Shown here: positions 11,725-24,195 of the stretch, piece after piece
Position numbering within the stretch: the stretch's first letter is position 1
How the letters are laid out: each line of letters starts with the position of its first letter
Assembly (NCBI GenBank): GCA_028534125.1
Contig: CM052837.1
Span: 24,614,001 to 24,678,000, forward strand
Source: Lama glama
Lineage: Eukaryota
Length of the DNA: 64,000 nt
Direction of reading: 5' to 3'
Position numbers and translations under genes: made by a program
The notes under the pieces: generated by a model
What the model was told of the DNA's origin: nothing
Seen by the model: only the letters and a program-made list of their open reading frames with translations
Database searches by the model: none

Positions 11725-12510
11725 TGTTCATTTATTTTTCAGCAAATGTTTAATGAGCATTCTCTAGGGACAAAGCATTGTTCCAAGTGGTAGGTGAACA
11801 AACACAAAAGTAAACAAACCCCCTGTCCCCAGAGAGCTTATGGTCTAATGGAAAGAGTAAGACAAGAAACGAGATATGTAATGTGTTGGATGGTGCCAAT
11901 GGCTATGCAGAAAACAAAGCAGGGAAGGCTGAGGAAGAGGCAACAGGTGCAGGTTGAAATACACAGCACGTAGGCTAAGCCCCCATGAGAAGGTGACATT
12001 TGAGAAAAATCATGCAAGAGACTGGGGAACAAGCCACCTGGCTATCTGAGAGAAGAGCATTCCAGAAGCTGTAACGGCAAAGGTCCTGAGGCAGGAGTGT
12101 AAGTCAGTGGGGATGGGATGGCACATGTGAAAGGGAATGGGAGGAAGCAGTAGGAATGAGGCAAGAGGAGTGTGAGGGGCAGATCATATAAGGCCTTGGA
12201 GGCGCTGGAAGAACTTTGGCTTTTATGCTGAATGAGTTGGGGAATTCCTGGAGACTTGGGACAGAGAAGTGACATAACATATCTTATAGCTTCACAGGCC
12301 TTCTCTGAATAGTGGATGGAAAACACATTTCAGCAGGGGGGCCAGGGCAGACAGAGGGAGAGCATTTAGGGAGCTGCTGCTCTAATCCAGATGAGAGGTG
12401 ATGTTGGATGAACCCAGGGCTGTAGAAGCAGAGATGAGTTGGCCGGATTCTGGATATATTTCAGATTCTGGAGATATATATATAATATATATGCATTTGG
12501 AGGTAGAGCC
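11725..12510 (-). mobile_element. L2a 3' portion
   Basis: ttcatttatttttcagcaaatgtttaatgagc...gaaggtgacatttgag...ggcagatcatataaggcctt...gattctggatatattt. Confidence 0.85.
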
Positions 12511-13189
12511 ACATAGCACACTTAGTCTCAATTTCCTCCCTTTACCTACCGATGCCCAACCCTTCTGAAGGCACAGACTCAGCCTGCAGCCCAAAGCTGT
12601 GCAGTGGGAATTCCAGCTCTACAGGTCATCTCCGCATAGCATGCTGCTGCTGTATAGAAACATAATGTCTCACTGTGCAGGTAAACGATGAAAACTATTC
12701 CAAGAGGTCAGATTACCAAAAGCCAGCGTTTGATGTACATCCATCTATTGTGTGCTAGGCATAGCTCCTATGTTATCTGCATGCATACACAGGCATGGGG
12801 TCCACGGGGTCTCTGGAGATAGTGAGGCTGTGGCTCTCGGGTTCCCTGGCTGTGGGCTATGGCCACCATCCCCATATGTGTCTTCTCTACAATAAGCTTC
12901 TCAGAAATGGAGGCCAAGTCTGGGACTCCCTATAGCTCTGCAGTTACCATGAGCAACCAGGTCTCTGCCTGCGTACTTTCAGTAGTGGGGACCCTACTAC
13001 CCCAGGAGTCAGCCCACACCATCACTACAGCTGGTTGTCACTACAGCCTTCACCAAAATCTGCCCCTACAGCTTCTGTCCACTGGCCCTAGTGCACCTTC
13101 TGGAGCCACCAGGAAAATTTCCTCTCCTGTCCAAAACACAAGTTCTCAGAGAGTTCAGAGCAACCCTTAAGCCTCCATTTGATGCCAAC

Positions 13190-13500
13190 GATGATAGCGC
13201 TAGCGAACTTCTGAATCACACTTCATGAATCACACTTGATAGAAGTGTTTTCATAGACATTCTCCCATTCACCATCCATAACAGCTGAAAACTAATTGCT
13301 AAATATTATTTTAGCTATCAGTTCTAGATGGGACAATGAATGGGAAAAATGTTGATAAAATTTATGACGATTTTGCTCCACATTATTACTCCAGTTCTGT
13401 ACATGAAGACATTGAGACTCAGAGGTTAAGCCACTTAGAATAGCTGAGTAACACAGTGTTGAAAGATAATCCCCAAATGGTAAAATCATGACTCTCATAC
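13190..13500 (-). mobile_element. MIR, interrupted
   Basis: cattattactccagttctgtacatgaagacattgagactcagaggttaag. Confidence 0.6.
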
Positions 13501-14974
13501 AGACATAAAATGAATATGTGATGACTTATTTTCTTCTATCACTAAGTTATTTTATCCTATCATTAATCAATGAAGATTAGGAAGATATTATAACTAGTTC
13601 AAAAGAAACCACATCCACAAACAAGAAGTATCTAAATAGATGTACAAATGGAGGCAAAAACTTTTGGGGGGTGGGGGTGAGTTGCCTAGGTCACTGGAAC
13701 CTCTTCCTGATGCAACAGAATGTGTGCATCTGTCAGGTATCTACCACTCGCAGATATAAAATACGTTCCATAAAATCAAAATCAGATAACCCAGAGGGGC
13801 GTCTTCAAACATGGAGAGTCTAGACCATCACAGTTTCCTTCTGAAGCACAAATTTCCTCCTTCCCCGAGCACAGCTAGGATCTGAACCTGGTTCCTTACA
13901 ACTCCCTCCACTTCATCACAATACCGTCTAAGGAAAGGTGTTTAAAACATCCATTGCCTTTTTTTAAGCCTCAATCATAAAATGGTTAGACCTTAAATTG
14001 CTGGCAGCATACGAGAGGAGGAGCAGAAAAGGGCTCTGAAGAAGAAAGAGTTCAGCAGATCATTATGTCTCTGGCTCTCCGCATTTTTTCCATGTCAGTA
14101 AGAGCCTTTCCCTTCCTCTTTCCAGCAGCCTATTTCTTATTCAGTAACATGTTGTGTCGGGTATTTCCAGCCTGGCTCCCCTCCCCCACACTCGTTAGAG
14201 AGGGCTCCACTCGTGCAGTGAAAGGAGGTGAGGGGGTTCTGCCTGGTTTGGGTTTTAAGAAAAGTCTAGAGTCTTTCAATGGCCTCTTTGTTCTCTTCCT
14301 CAATAGTTTCTGTGTCTTCAGAAATTACAAAATTTCATTCTTCCTATTGCATTAGTAGTCTGAAAAAAATAAAAAGAAACCAATTAAAAAATAAAGTTCT
14401 AAGGCTTAAGAACGGCATTTATAATAACTTCACAGGTCTAACCTGCACTTACTGCCGGCAGTTTAAACAGAAGGTTCCTTGAGAGGTGAGCAATAAAGAA
14501 GCCATTTAGTACTTGTTCTCCAGAGATGCTTTTATCAACTCACTTGCCCCCTTAACCAGCACTGGTTTCTGTATAATCCATAGAAAGAGGAGACACACCA
14601 ACCAGCTCTCACATATTCACATGGGTCAGGCCTCTTATTAAGTGCGTTTTCCCCAAATTGCAACACTTAGCGTACTTTGATGGCAAACGCTTAAATATTT
14701 CGCCAGTTTCAATGGGCTGTCAATTTCTCCTCCCAGGCAAGGTCGCCTTCTAGGCCCACCTAGGGTGAGGGCGGGGAGCCAATTCCAAAGTAGAATGTGA
14801 CTCCAAATACATACAGCTTTCATTCCACATGTTACTTGTCCTACTCCATCCATGTTTCTTCCAATACTGGCTCAGAAACTGAAAACGCTGGACACTCTTC
14901 ACTTCTCTGTTTGACTGAGGGACAGAGCTTGTTTAATCCCCCCCACCTTTTGTCCTCTACTTCCTTCCTTCCTT

Positions 14975-15360
14975 CTTGAGAGTAGGGACTGTCTTGTTAA
15001 TCTGTGCATTCAGCGTCTACCTCCGTACCTGGACCAGAGTTGGTGCTGAGCCAGTGTTTGCTTAAGCAAATTGAACTCAGTCCATTGATTCAATTTTTCA
15101 TCCACTCATCAAATATTTACCTGTTACCTATTACGAGTTATATTCTCAATACAGAGCCGGGGCCGCTGCAGTGAAGCAGATAAGGTTCTGGCTTTCAAAA
15201 GGCTTACACTTTAGCAAGAGAGAAAGGTAACAAACAAATACATGGACACATGATATCATTTAATGAATAATAACATTTCATGTGGAAATAAAGGCTCTAA
15301 AGAAAAAAGGCAGGGTAAAGTCACAGAGAGTGACAGAGTGTTAAGAGGAGAGATACGTGT
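14975..15360. mobile_element. L2 3' ends in opposite orientations (+ ~14975-15075; - ~15085-15360)
   Basis: cttgagagtagggactgtcttgtt...; ccactcatcaaatatttac...aaaaggcagggtaaag. Confidence 0.6.
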
Positions 15361-15544
15361 TGAGAGGAGAGATAATTCACCGTGCCTTCTATCCATCCAT
15401 CCATCGATCCAACAAAAACTCACCGAGCACTGTCTTATCCATTCAGGGAAGACGTGTTGGACAGAGAGATAAAGGCAAAGCAAATGAACTCCCCTCTCGA
15501 CACCACTACTCTCTTGCTCCCTGACGGGCAATGAATGAGAACAG

Positions 15545-15810
15545 ACTAGCATTTATTCAGTGCCCACTGTATGTCAGCATGTCATACGTGGTGCCAGACC
15601 TTTTATATATAGTTATCTGATTTAATCCTAAAATTATAAACTTCCCAGGAGAGAGTCTTTATTACCTGAGGTCTACCATTGAGGACACAGAGGCTAAAAG
15701 TCATGAAAGTACCGTGCTCAAGATCCCCTATCTCCAGAGTGGTGGACTCAAGATTTGCGTCTAGATTCCTCTGTCTCTAAAATGCATGCTTTGTGTGTTA
15801 CACTGTACCA
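15545..15810 (-). mobile_element. MIR
   Basis: ctagcatttattcagtgcccactgtatgtc...tgatttaatcct...tgaggacacagaggct. Confidence 0.7.
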
Positions 15811-16429
15811 ACTCTGGACCGGAGGCACCCTGCCAGATACCATAGGAAATATAAAACGGCCAGACGGCATCCTTTGACCTTGTCAAAGAGATCACGAGCC
15901 CCCTAGGGAAATGGGATATATTTACATAGCCATCACCAAGGCAAAGAGGACATATTTAAAGAACGAGAAAATGGGATGAGCTGGAATGACCAGGAAAACA
16001 ACATGAAAGGTTAAAATAAAGGCAGAAAAGATCTGCAAATTAGAGATGACATTGAGTGGGGAAAGGAACACTGCTCATACTCCATCAAGCATCTACAATG
16101 CGTCAGGCATATAAAAGATGCAAAAACACATGTGACACCTGCCACCAGGCAATAGGACAAGCTCACATCTAGCTCAGACACAAGGGGACCAGAATCTGAC
16201 ATGCATCCCCCTTGGACAGAGTCCTGAGAGCCAGAAGGGTGCCCAGAAAATGAAGACTCCACCCTATGGTTTTATCTTCTCTTGAAGACGGGTACATTTC
16301 ACCACAAAAGTAGGATTTCTGTTGTGGCATTCTACTTTGGCCTCATTAAATTGCACAAATGTTATCAATATTTCTAGGTAAGCCTGGCCTTCAGCAAAAT
16401 AAAATTTCAGAGTAGAGCTTTAAAGCCCC

Positions 16430-16590
16430 CTCTGACAGGAACAGCCTAACCTCTCAGAGCCTGTTTCTTCATCAGTAAAATAAGGCACGATTCAAAAAAA
16501 AAAAAGAAGAAGAATTCGAAAGTCATTGTTAAGACTGAAAGGTGTCATCCTGCATACCAGACCCTTAATAAATATTAGTTTCCATCTGCC
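16430..16590 (+). mobile_element. MIR
   Basis: ctaacctctcagagcctgtttcttcatcagtaaaat...cttaataaatattagtt. Confidence 0.7.
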
Positions 16591-16639
16591 TCCGTTGACT
16601 GTCCTTTCCTATAGATGGTACATGGTAGTTGAGAAATCC

Positions 16640-16880
16640 TGCAACCATCATGCCCCTTCCTATTCCCTTTTCAATACATATGCCCAGTGGGTGGTGAAAT
16701 CCTGCGAATGTTCCTACTCACAGTATCTCTCACATCCAATTCCTCCTTTCTGTCCCACAACTTCCCACCTGGTTGGACTGCGATGGCTTCTTAACCAGTC
16801 TCCACGCTTCCTGTCTGTACCCTCCCATCCTTCTGAGCCCCAGTCAATCTTCCCAAAACGCCCTTCGATGATGTCACTTC
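16640..16880 (+). mobile_element. L2 fragment
   Basis: aaatcctgcgaatgttcctactc...ttggactgcgatggcttcttaaccagtctcc. Confidence 0.5.
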
Positions 16881-17899
16881 CTGAGAGGCCAGAAAGACAG
16901 AGATGGGACTTAAACTTCACAGGCTACTCTCACGTGCCCCACCTGACCACGAAGTCCTTGAGGTAAGGGAACAAAGTGTTAGTCAAATGGGAACATCCTC
17001 CAGGTAGAAAATTATGCTGAAGTCAGAAAAGCCCACAGGGCTGTCATGAAGGTGAGGCTACATGATGTTGGGCAGGACATGCTCAAGTAGCCTTGCCTTC
17101 AGTGGCCCCGGTAGTTGGGACATTAAAAGGTACAACCCAGGCGATGACATGAAAGAGGTCACATCAAAGTAGCCCTTCGTTAGCACATTTCATCTGAGAA
17201 GTCATTCTTCCCACCAAAACCAGCAGAACACAACCCTCTCCCAGGGCAGGAGGCAGGAGCAAAGAGCCAAGCCCAAGAGGAGAACACTCAGGCTGCAGAA
17301 ACACTGCGGCTGTGGTTGGAGTGGAATGCAGGCCACCCAGGGGGAGCCACTGTCCTGAGACGTCGACTGATGGAGACCTGATTCCAAGGATATCGCGGCG
17401 CATTTGCAGGTGCCTAACCCAAAGACATTCATTCTGCAAATCGAAATGGGTGTGGCACGTCCACACGGGCTGGCAAGGGACAAGACAGGGCAAGAGGCAC
17501 AAGCGGAGGAGGGGGCAGTCAGCAAGTGAGGAAAAGGACAGGCCACCTCTCCATCCACCCCAGTCACGGCCCCCAGAGAAGAGCGCATACAAGCCACTGG
17601 CAGATGCCAGTTACTATCTCTAGATGTGGAATGTTCTCAGGCTCCAGTGACTTTTCGCTACGGAAGCTCTCCCTGACCAAGCCCCACCCAAACAAGATGA
17701 AGCTAGGTCCCCGCCACACCTTCTCACTGGACTTTGCTTTCACCGCCTTTATCATTTATGTGGTTCTCTAAGTGTTTGTCTAAAGCCTGCCTCTTTGCAC
17801 CAATCTAAGGGGTCTTTTCTTATTTTCTCTCACATCCCTAGTACCCAGTACCACCACTAGCTGTAGCTGAATGACCGTCAGCCAGCATCCACCTCTTCT

Positions 17900-18045
17900 A
17901 AGTCCTGGCTATTTTATGCCCGAAAGGAACATGGAGAGTACCACCCTCATGAAGTTGACAGAGGATTCCAAGAGATACAATGCACAGGATATTTTGGTCC
18001 TCACTGGCATACACAAAGTGCTCAATAAATGTCTATCATTACTTC
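17900..18045 (+). mobile_element. MIR 3' fragment
   Basis: ctggcatacacaaagtgctcaataaatgtctatcatt. Confidence 0.7.
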
Positions 18046-19219
18046 CTTGCTTTGGTCAGGGGTCCATAGACGCTTGTTGAATAAATGGAGAAAGGCTTAC
18101 ATTAACTGCATATTAAACTGCAGCAGAGCCCTGGCATTCACAGATATTAATATTTAGTACTTCCACTCTTGATGAGCAGGGCTCCTGGCCTGTTGTCATT
18201 TGAAGTTTTCCTGTGGCATCAATCTCCCTCATCCATTTATTTAGATCAAAACCCAGACATGACCTGAAGGGGAAAGAGGTCTTTCAACACAGCTTCATGG
18301 CTCGGCCAAAACTCCCATTTTAAGGACGTGCAGTCAGAAGCCCAGTGGCCTGATTGCCAAAAAGGCTGAGGTCAGGAAAGCGTCACAGTGTGACAAGTGT
18401 CCCAAGAAGTCCCCAGACACCCAGAAGCTATCAGCCCAGAGCAGTGAGATGAGAGCTCACCAGCTGCAGGAACTAAAACCAGCCCTTTGCGGGGCTGGCT
18501 CGTGGCTGGGTATGCAGAGCCTTCAGCTGGGAAACTTTTGCCCAGTGCCTGGGGCTGAGCCAGCATGGGGAAGTCTGGCCTAATGGAAGGTGCCGTCCAC
18601 TGAAGACCCAGCAGCTTTTTCCTCCTCCCCCAGATGCCAGGCTCTGGGCAGCAACAGTCTCCCCCATGGCACCCCTCCCACCGAGTGGTTTCAGGCGTCT
18701 GGAATGCTGCAAACCAGGCAGAGGACACAGCCCAACTTCCACCCTGGCCAGAATCACCCACTTTCCTTGCTATGACATCCCTACGTTCCTTTCTTCTGGC
18801 AGAAAGGACCTGAAGGTGTCCCATTAATCTCTCTCCCCATAAAGCTCAAAGCAAGAAACCCCACTGAAATGATTTAAGCCCCCTCTGCGCCAGGAGGGTC
18901 TGGTCATGAGCTGAACCTCATTCATTAGGGTCAAATCAGGGGTGAAAACGGCAGTCAAAACAGGGAGGGTCTGGGTTCCACTCACCTCCCAAACCAGCTT
19001 CTACACCCCTGTCCTCACTACCCCCTCCAGAGTTGTGACGATTTCTAAAAACCAAACACAGGAGGGCAAAGAAGATGCCAGTTGAGAATCTTGGAGCTGG
19101 AGAACCCAAAAGAGCTCCTGCTAGAGTGTCTATCTTCCCAAGCAGACAGGAAAAGCAAGTGTGGATTCCCTCATGGGGACAAAGGCAAGAACTTGTGAGC
19201 TGCTCTTCCTGCTCCACTC

Positions 19220-19815
19220 ACAAAGCTCACCAAACCATCCTCCCTCTCAACAGCAACATGACCCTCCTCCAACTAAAATCCGGCCACAACACTGGCCTGC
19301 ACTGGCTTCGCCCGAAACTTGGGGTGGAATCCACATCCCTGGAAACGGCTGACAAGGCCCTACATGCAGATCACCCCTCCTGCTGCCCCAGCTTCTCCAG
19401 AGTCACATTCTTTGTGTGCTACCCACCCTCTGCCCTCATTGGTCTTCATTCAGTTCCTTGAACAGGGCAAGCTCTCTCTCACCTCAGGGCCTTTGCATCT
19501 GCCGATCCAAAAAGCCCCTCACTTTTTATTGATCAGAGCCTTCTCTCTGGTCAGGTCTCAGTTTCAACAGTATCTCAGAGAACCCTTTCTCAACCACCAT
19601 GTACAAAGTCCAGATGCGGCTGTTTTCTCCTTTCAGCACTTGCTTGTTTTGAGTCATGGTATTCACTATCATTTGCAACTGTGTTTGCCTTTGATGTCTT
19701 CATTTATCTCTTCATGAAGGCAGAGAACATTTCACCTTAGTCACTATTCTGTCCCTGTGCCTGGCACACAGTAGGAGCTCAACAAACTTGCAGAATGAAT
19801 AAATAAATGAATGAA
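19220..19815 (+). mobile_element. L2 3' portion
   Basis: acctcagggcctttgca...gtgcctggcacacagtaggagctcaacaaacttgcagaatgaataaataaatgaatgaa (L2 tail). Confidence 0.85.
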
Positions 19816-19919
19816 CCCACTCCACCATGTTATAGATGAAATGAATTATTCACCAGCATCATTTGTGAGCCAGGCATCGAAGAAGAAGCCAGGTGTGTCT
19901 ATCTGTGTGTATCATACTG

Positions 19920-20100
19920 CCCATAATATATGCATTATAGTACACAGTATCTATATATTATAAATACTTTTGGTTTTATATTAAATATTATTATAATAAT
20001 TATAACAATATAAATGTATTAATGCATTTATATATTTGTAGGATATATACATACCGTACACACACACACACACACACACATAAGCACATGTATTTATACG
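19920..20100. repeat. AT-rich low-complexity tract with (CA)n
   Basis: TA-rich stretch, then a CA run at ~20058-20080. Confidence 0.85.
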
Positions 20101-20124
20101 TGCTCATCCAAGCCTCACTGGTTC

Positions 20125-20225
20125 CTGTGGGACAGGCATTACCACCATTTTGCAGATGAGGAAACCAGAGCACAGAAAGGTTAAATAATTTATCCAAGGT
20201 CACACAGCGAATAAATGAAAGCAGT
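20125..20225 (-). mobile_element. MIR core
   Basis: ccattttgcagatgaggaaaccagagcacagaaaggttaaataatttatccaaggtcacacagc. Confidence 0.9.
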
Positions 20226-20814
20226 TTGACTTTTGTCATTACTGACCACCACCGAGGGATCATTTATCTCAGGTCTGGGACTAAACACAAGAATCACGTG
20301 CCCCCCGAGGTGCATGTGATACATACAAAGGGCTGTTTTCTGCACCCCTGCCTCTGCTGGACCACTCTGGTGTCAGAGCCCAGGGAGAAGGTGTGAGGCC
20401 ACCCTGTCCCTGCGACGGTCGCTGGCGCACTGCTCCCTCTCCCCAGTTCTGTTTCATATCCTGCAGGAAGCCGGCTACTGGGGAGGATTTAAACGTGTCT
20501 GTCAGAGCGTCTGTTGCCTCTCCTGGGACTAATCTGCTGTGAAGCAGATGCACAGCTTCATTTATCACTTCCAATGGAACATGAAAGAGACAAAACTCCA
20601 GCAGACGCTCCCTGCTTCCAGTGACCAACAGGGCAGGCCCTCTCCCACCAGGGCCTCCTAGGGGCCGGCTCCCCTGAGGGAGGGCCTCCCCGACCCCAAA
20701 CGCCCACTGAACCCGCACACCCTGCAGTGGGCCCAGGGCTCTGTGGTCTAGAGGTGGGCCAGCTGAACCTTTCTGTCCATCGGGTTATTTTTTAATTTCA
20801 ACTGATTTCGATTT

Positions 20815-21155
20815 CAGTTTCAATTTCACATAGCATAAAATTAATCATTTAAAAATGTACAATTCAGTGGCATTTTTTAAAGTACATTCACAATATTGTG
20901 CAACCACCACCTCTACCTAGTTCCAAAACACTTCATCACTTTCAAAGAAAACCTCCCTACCCACTAAGCAGTCACTCCCGTGCCCCTTCCTCCGAGCTCC
21001 CGGTAACCACGGATCTGCTTTCTGTCTCTATAGATCTGCCTATTCTGGACATCTCACACAGACAGAATCATACAATGTGTGACCTCTGTGTCTGGCTTCT
21101 TTCACTCAGCATCATGTTCTGGAGGCTCACCCATGTCGTAGCATGGATCGGTATG
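20815..21155 (-). mobile_element. L1MB-type 3' UTR
   Basis: tgtacaattcagtggcatttt...tgtgcaaccaccacc...ctgctttctgtctctatagatctgcctattctggacat...tggcttctttcactcagcat. Confidence 0.9.
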
Positions 21156-21876
21156 CCCACTGGGGTTTAGACCACTTGCTAGTTGGAGATGTCAAAGTGT
21201 CCAGTGAGGGGCACAGAGAACGCACCACGGACAACCTGTCTCCTCTCAGTCTCCCCTGACCTGCTGAGCGGTGGGAGAGTCAGAATCATACTCACCTGGA
21301 AATTCCCCCATCTGCAGAAACCGGGTGGAGGGGTGTGGGGGTGGGAAATGCATCCCCTCCCCATGCATCACCTCGGGAATGCTGCAGAGTGACAAGTGGC
21401 AGGGCCAAGACCAGTAAGGGACATCAGAGTCCAGCTCTGCCCAGCCCTGGGAGGTCTAGCACTCATAAAGAGAAAGAAGAACGGTAATATTTATGTGCCT
21501 GTATGCTTTGGCTGCAGAAACCAAAACCTGCAATCCCCAGGAACTAAGCGACTTCGACAGTTTAAATTTTGCTGTATTTTAGCTGCAAGGACAACAAATT
21601 GAGGCCTGACCCTGCTGTGGCATCAGCAGAGAACATTATGCACATGACACGGGGTCAGAATGTTATCAGTTCCTTAGACAGGAGCCTTGAGTTATGACTG
21701 CAAATGCAACTGCCAAATTCTCTAGCAAAGAAATCAGCCCCAGTACTGAACATCCATTATCTTCTAGCAGGAGTCTCGGCGTCATTTGCGGTACATCCTT
21801 GTCTAGTTCTGGCTCCAAGTCTTCCTTTCTTTCTTCACCCAACATTATGACCACTCCCCTCTGCCACAAAAAACAG

Positions 21877-22093
21877 CAGGGTTTCTCAACCTCAGCCCTG
21901 CTGACATTTTGAGCAGGTAGTTCTCTGTCCTGGGGTGCAGTGCTGTCCCGGCCTCTACCCACTAGATGCCAGCAGGAGCCGTCCCTGGCCATGACAACCA
22001 AAAACATATCTCCAGATTTTGCCAAATGTTGTCCAGTGCGGGGGTGGGGGAAGAAGGGGGGCTGGTAAGATAAACCTCAGCTGAGAACCACTG
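21877..22093. mobile_element. MER20 hAT MITE
   Basis: TIRs cagggtttctcaac / ctgagaaccactg; internal ggcctctacccactagatgccag, tgacaaccaaaaa, ctccaga...gccaaatgt. Confidence 0.9.
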
Positions 22094-22799
22094 ATCGAAA
22101 GTCAGGTGAAAGAGAGCAGCTACAAAGAGGTTTCTGGCCGGGTTGCCTGAGAATTGTAGCCATGGGATCTTGTACCGTGCTTCCAAAATAGGTTAATTAC
22201 AATCAACTCGGAATTATCCAGGGGCCAATTATCCACATTACCCCAGCCTCCACCCCCACTACCTGCAGTCTGCTCAGTTCACCATTTACAAGCAGCTGGC
22301 ACCATGCGAGAGAAGAAGGAATTTAAAAATCAAGAATGCAGACTCACGGGGAGGTTGGATTATTTATTTTGTTTTGTTTAGGATGGAGAGTCTTGTGCAT
22401 GTTAAAATGCATCCTCCCCAGTCGTGTGGGTATTTTAATGCTGCCCAGCCTCCCCCTATCCCTGAACAGCAGAGGCAGTAAAGGGAGGTGGGAAGGGAGT
22501 CTCTTTCTCTCCTCTTCCCTGGATGGCAGGAACCCCCTGCCTTTCTCCTTGGTGCAGGGAAAATTCTGGTCCTACCTCTCGTCCTCCAAGGACCCACCTA
22601 CATTTCCTTCTGGCAAACAGACAAGTAGAGAGGTCTACTGGGAGTTGCTGAGCCCATACACCAAGTCACAATATTTGAGGCATTAGACGAATAATTACCA
22701 TATGTAGAGAAAAGGAGAGCCCCACTCTCATTTAACAAATAATTAAGCAGGAGAATATGAAAACAAATGTATGTGTTACCATCGAGAGAGGGCAGTACA

Positions 22800-23300
22800 G
22801 TTCGGGCGGCCCTATATCCATTCCTCATGTATCCAAGAACATCAGGATCCTCCTCTAGAGAGCTGCCCTTCCCCACCCTCCTCTGCCCCAGATGCGGGCA
22901 CTAAACTCAGGGCTGGCCAGTCAGAACCACACATGCCCCTGGCCAGCGTAAAGGGTTCAGAAACGGTCATGTGACCTGATACAAGCCAGTAGAAGTCCCA
23001 GGCTTTGAATGATTGGTGATGAGCCATTCTCTCTCTTCCACTGAGCTTAGAGTTATAAGGATGTGGTCATCTTTCCTCTCTAAGAGGAAAGCATGCCCAA
23101 GAGATCTGCCAGTTCATAGAAAAGCGAAGTGAAAAGATGAGAGAGACCAGAAACTGATGACTCATGTGAGACCCTTGATCCAGCTATGCTTGGGAAAATC
23201 CCACCCCTAGAGTTTTCAGTGAAATAACCCAATACATTTTCTTTTTGCTTAGCCAGTTTGGGGTGGGCATGTCCTGTAAAACCAGCAGCCTCTGCTAGAA
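22800..23300 (+). mobile_element. Old MaLR LTR (MLT1J/K/L-like)
   Basis: ggtcatgtgacctga...gacccttgatccagctatgc...aacccaatacattttctttttgcttagccagtttg. Confidence 0.7.
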
Positions 23301-23601
23301 CAATGACTGCCAGGTCCGTGTCTCCAAGCCTAACTCCACTCTGAGCATCAGGTCCACAAAAATGCCCACAGACATTTTTTGACTTATGCCACAGGGACAC
23401 ACTGTTGGGAACACACTCCTTGAACTAAAATCTGAGACAAGAGCCCCTCACCGTGTGCATAACCACCCCACCCCCTGCATTGTGCCCTCATCTCATCTAC
23501 TACTTCCCTCGTCCAACAACAACATTGTTGTTACATTACAATGTTGACTTCCTCTCTGTGAGGGTCCCACCTCACTCCTGAAAACAAACATGGGAAGCTT
23601 C

Positions 23602-24195
23602 TGTGGGGACACTCACCTCCAAAGTGTCTGCCATCAACTCCTTCCCTCCCCAGACATGCATGCTAATCCCCTGCTGAAGGTGGGGCTTATTCCTGCCCTC
23701 CCATTAACTTTGCTTTAGCCTTAGTGATTAGTTTTCCTAACAGAAGGCAGCGGTCGTGATGCTCTGGGACTTCTGAGTCTCACAGCACCCACTGCCATGG
23801 AAGAAGTCCAACCACCCAGAGAAGACCATGACGTCAGGAAGCCCAAGCTAGTGACGTTCAGGTGTGATGCCCGCGAGCCCCAGCTATTCTAGCCACCCCA
23901 GCCAGGTGCTAGACATGGGAGCAGAAAGGATGTTCTTGGACATTCCAGCCCCAGCAGATACCATGCAGAGAACCAACATTCAAAATCCATGAGCCATTTG
24001 AGCCATGCCAGTCATCTTTATTGGCCTTTGAGCCACCACAGCTGAGGCTCCAAACATTCCAGAACAGAGACAAAGGTTTCCACCGTGCTCTGCCCTAAAT
24101 TTCCAACCCAAAGAATCATGAACATATACAACAGTTGTTGGTTGATACTAATTGACTGGAGATAGCTTGTTACACAGCAAAAAATAAGTGAACCA
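23602..24195 (+). mobile_element. MaLR LTR (MLT1G-like)
   Basis: gtgatgctctgggacttctgag...ggaagcccaagcta...aatttccaacccaaagaatcatgaa...ttgttacacagcaa. Confidence 0.8.

Noticed and set aside
20281-20718. 145-aa minus-strand ORF in a GC-rich patch
   Set aside because: No recognised protein and no matched splice sites
21218-21238. REST/NRSE-like GCACCACGGACA core
   Set aside because: Only 13/21 match; lacks the TTCA start and the G after GGACA
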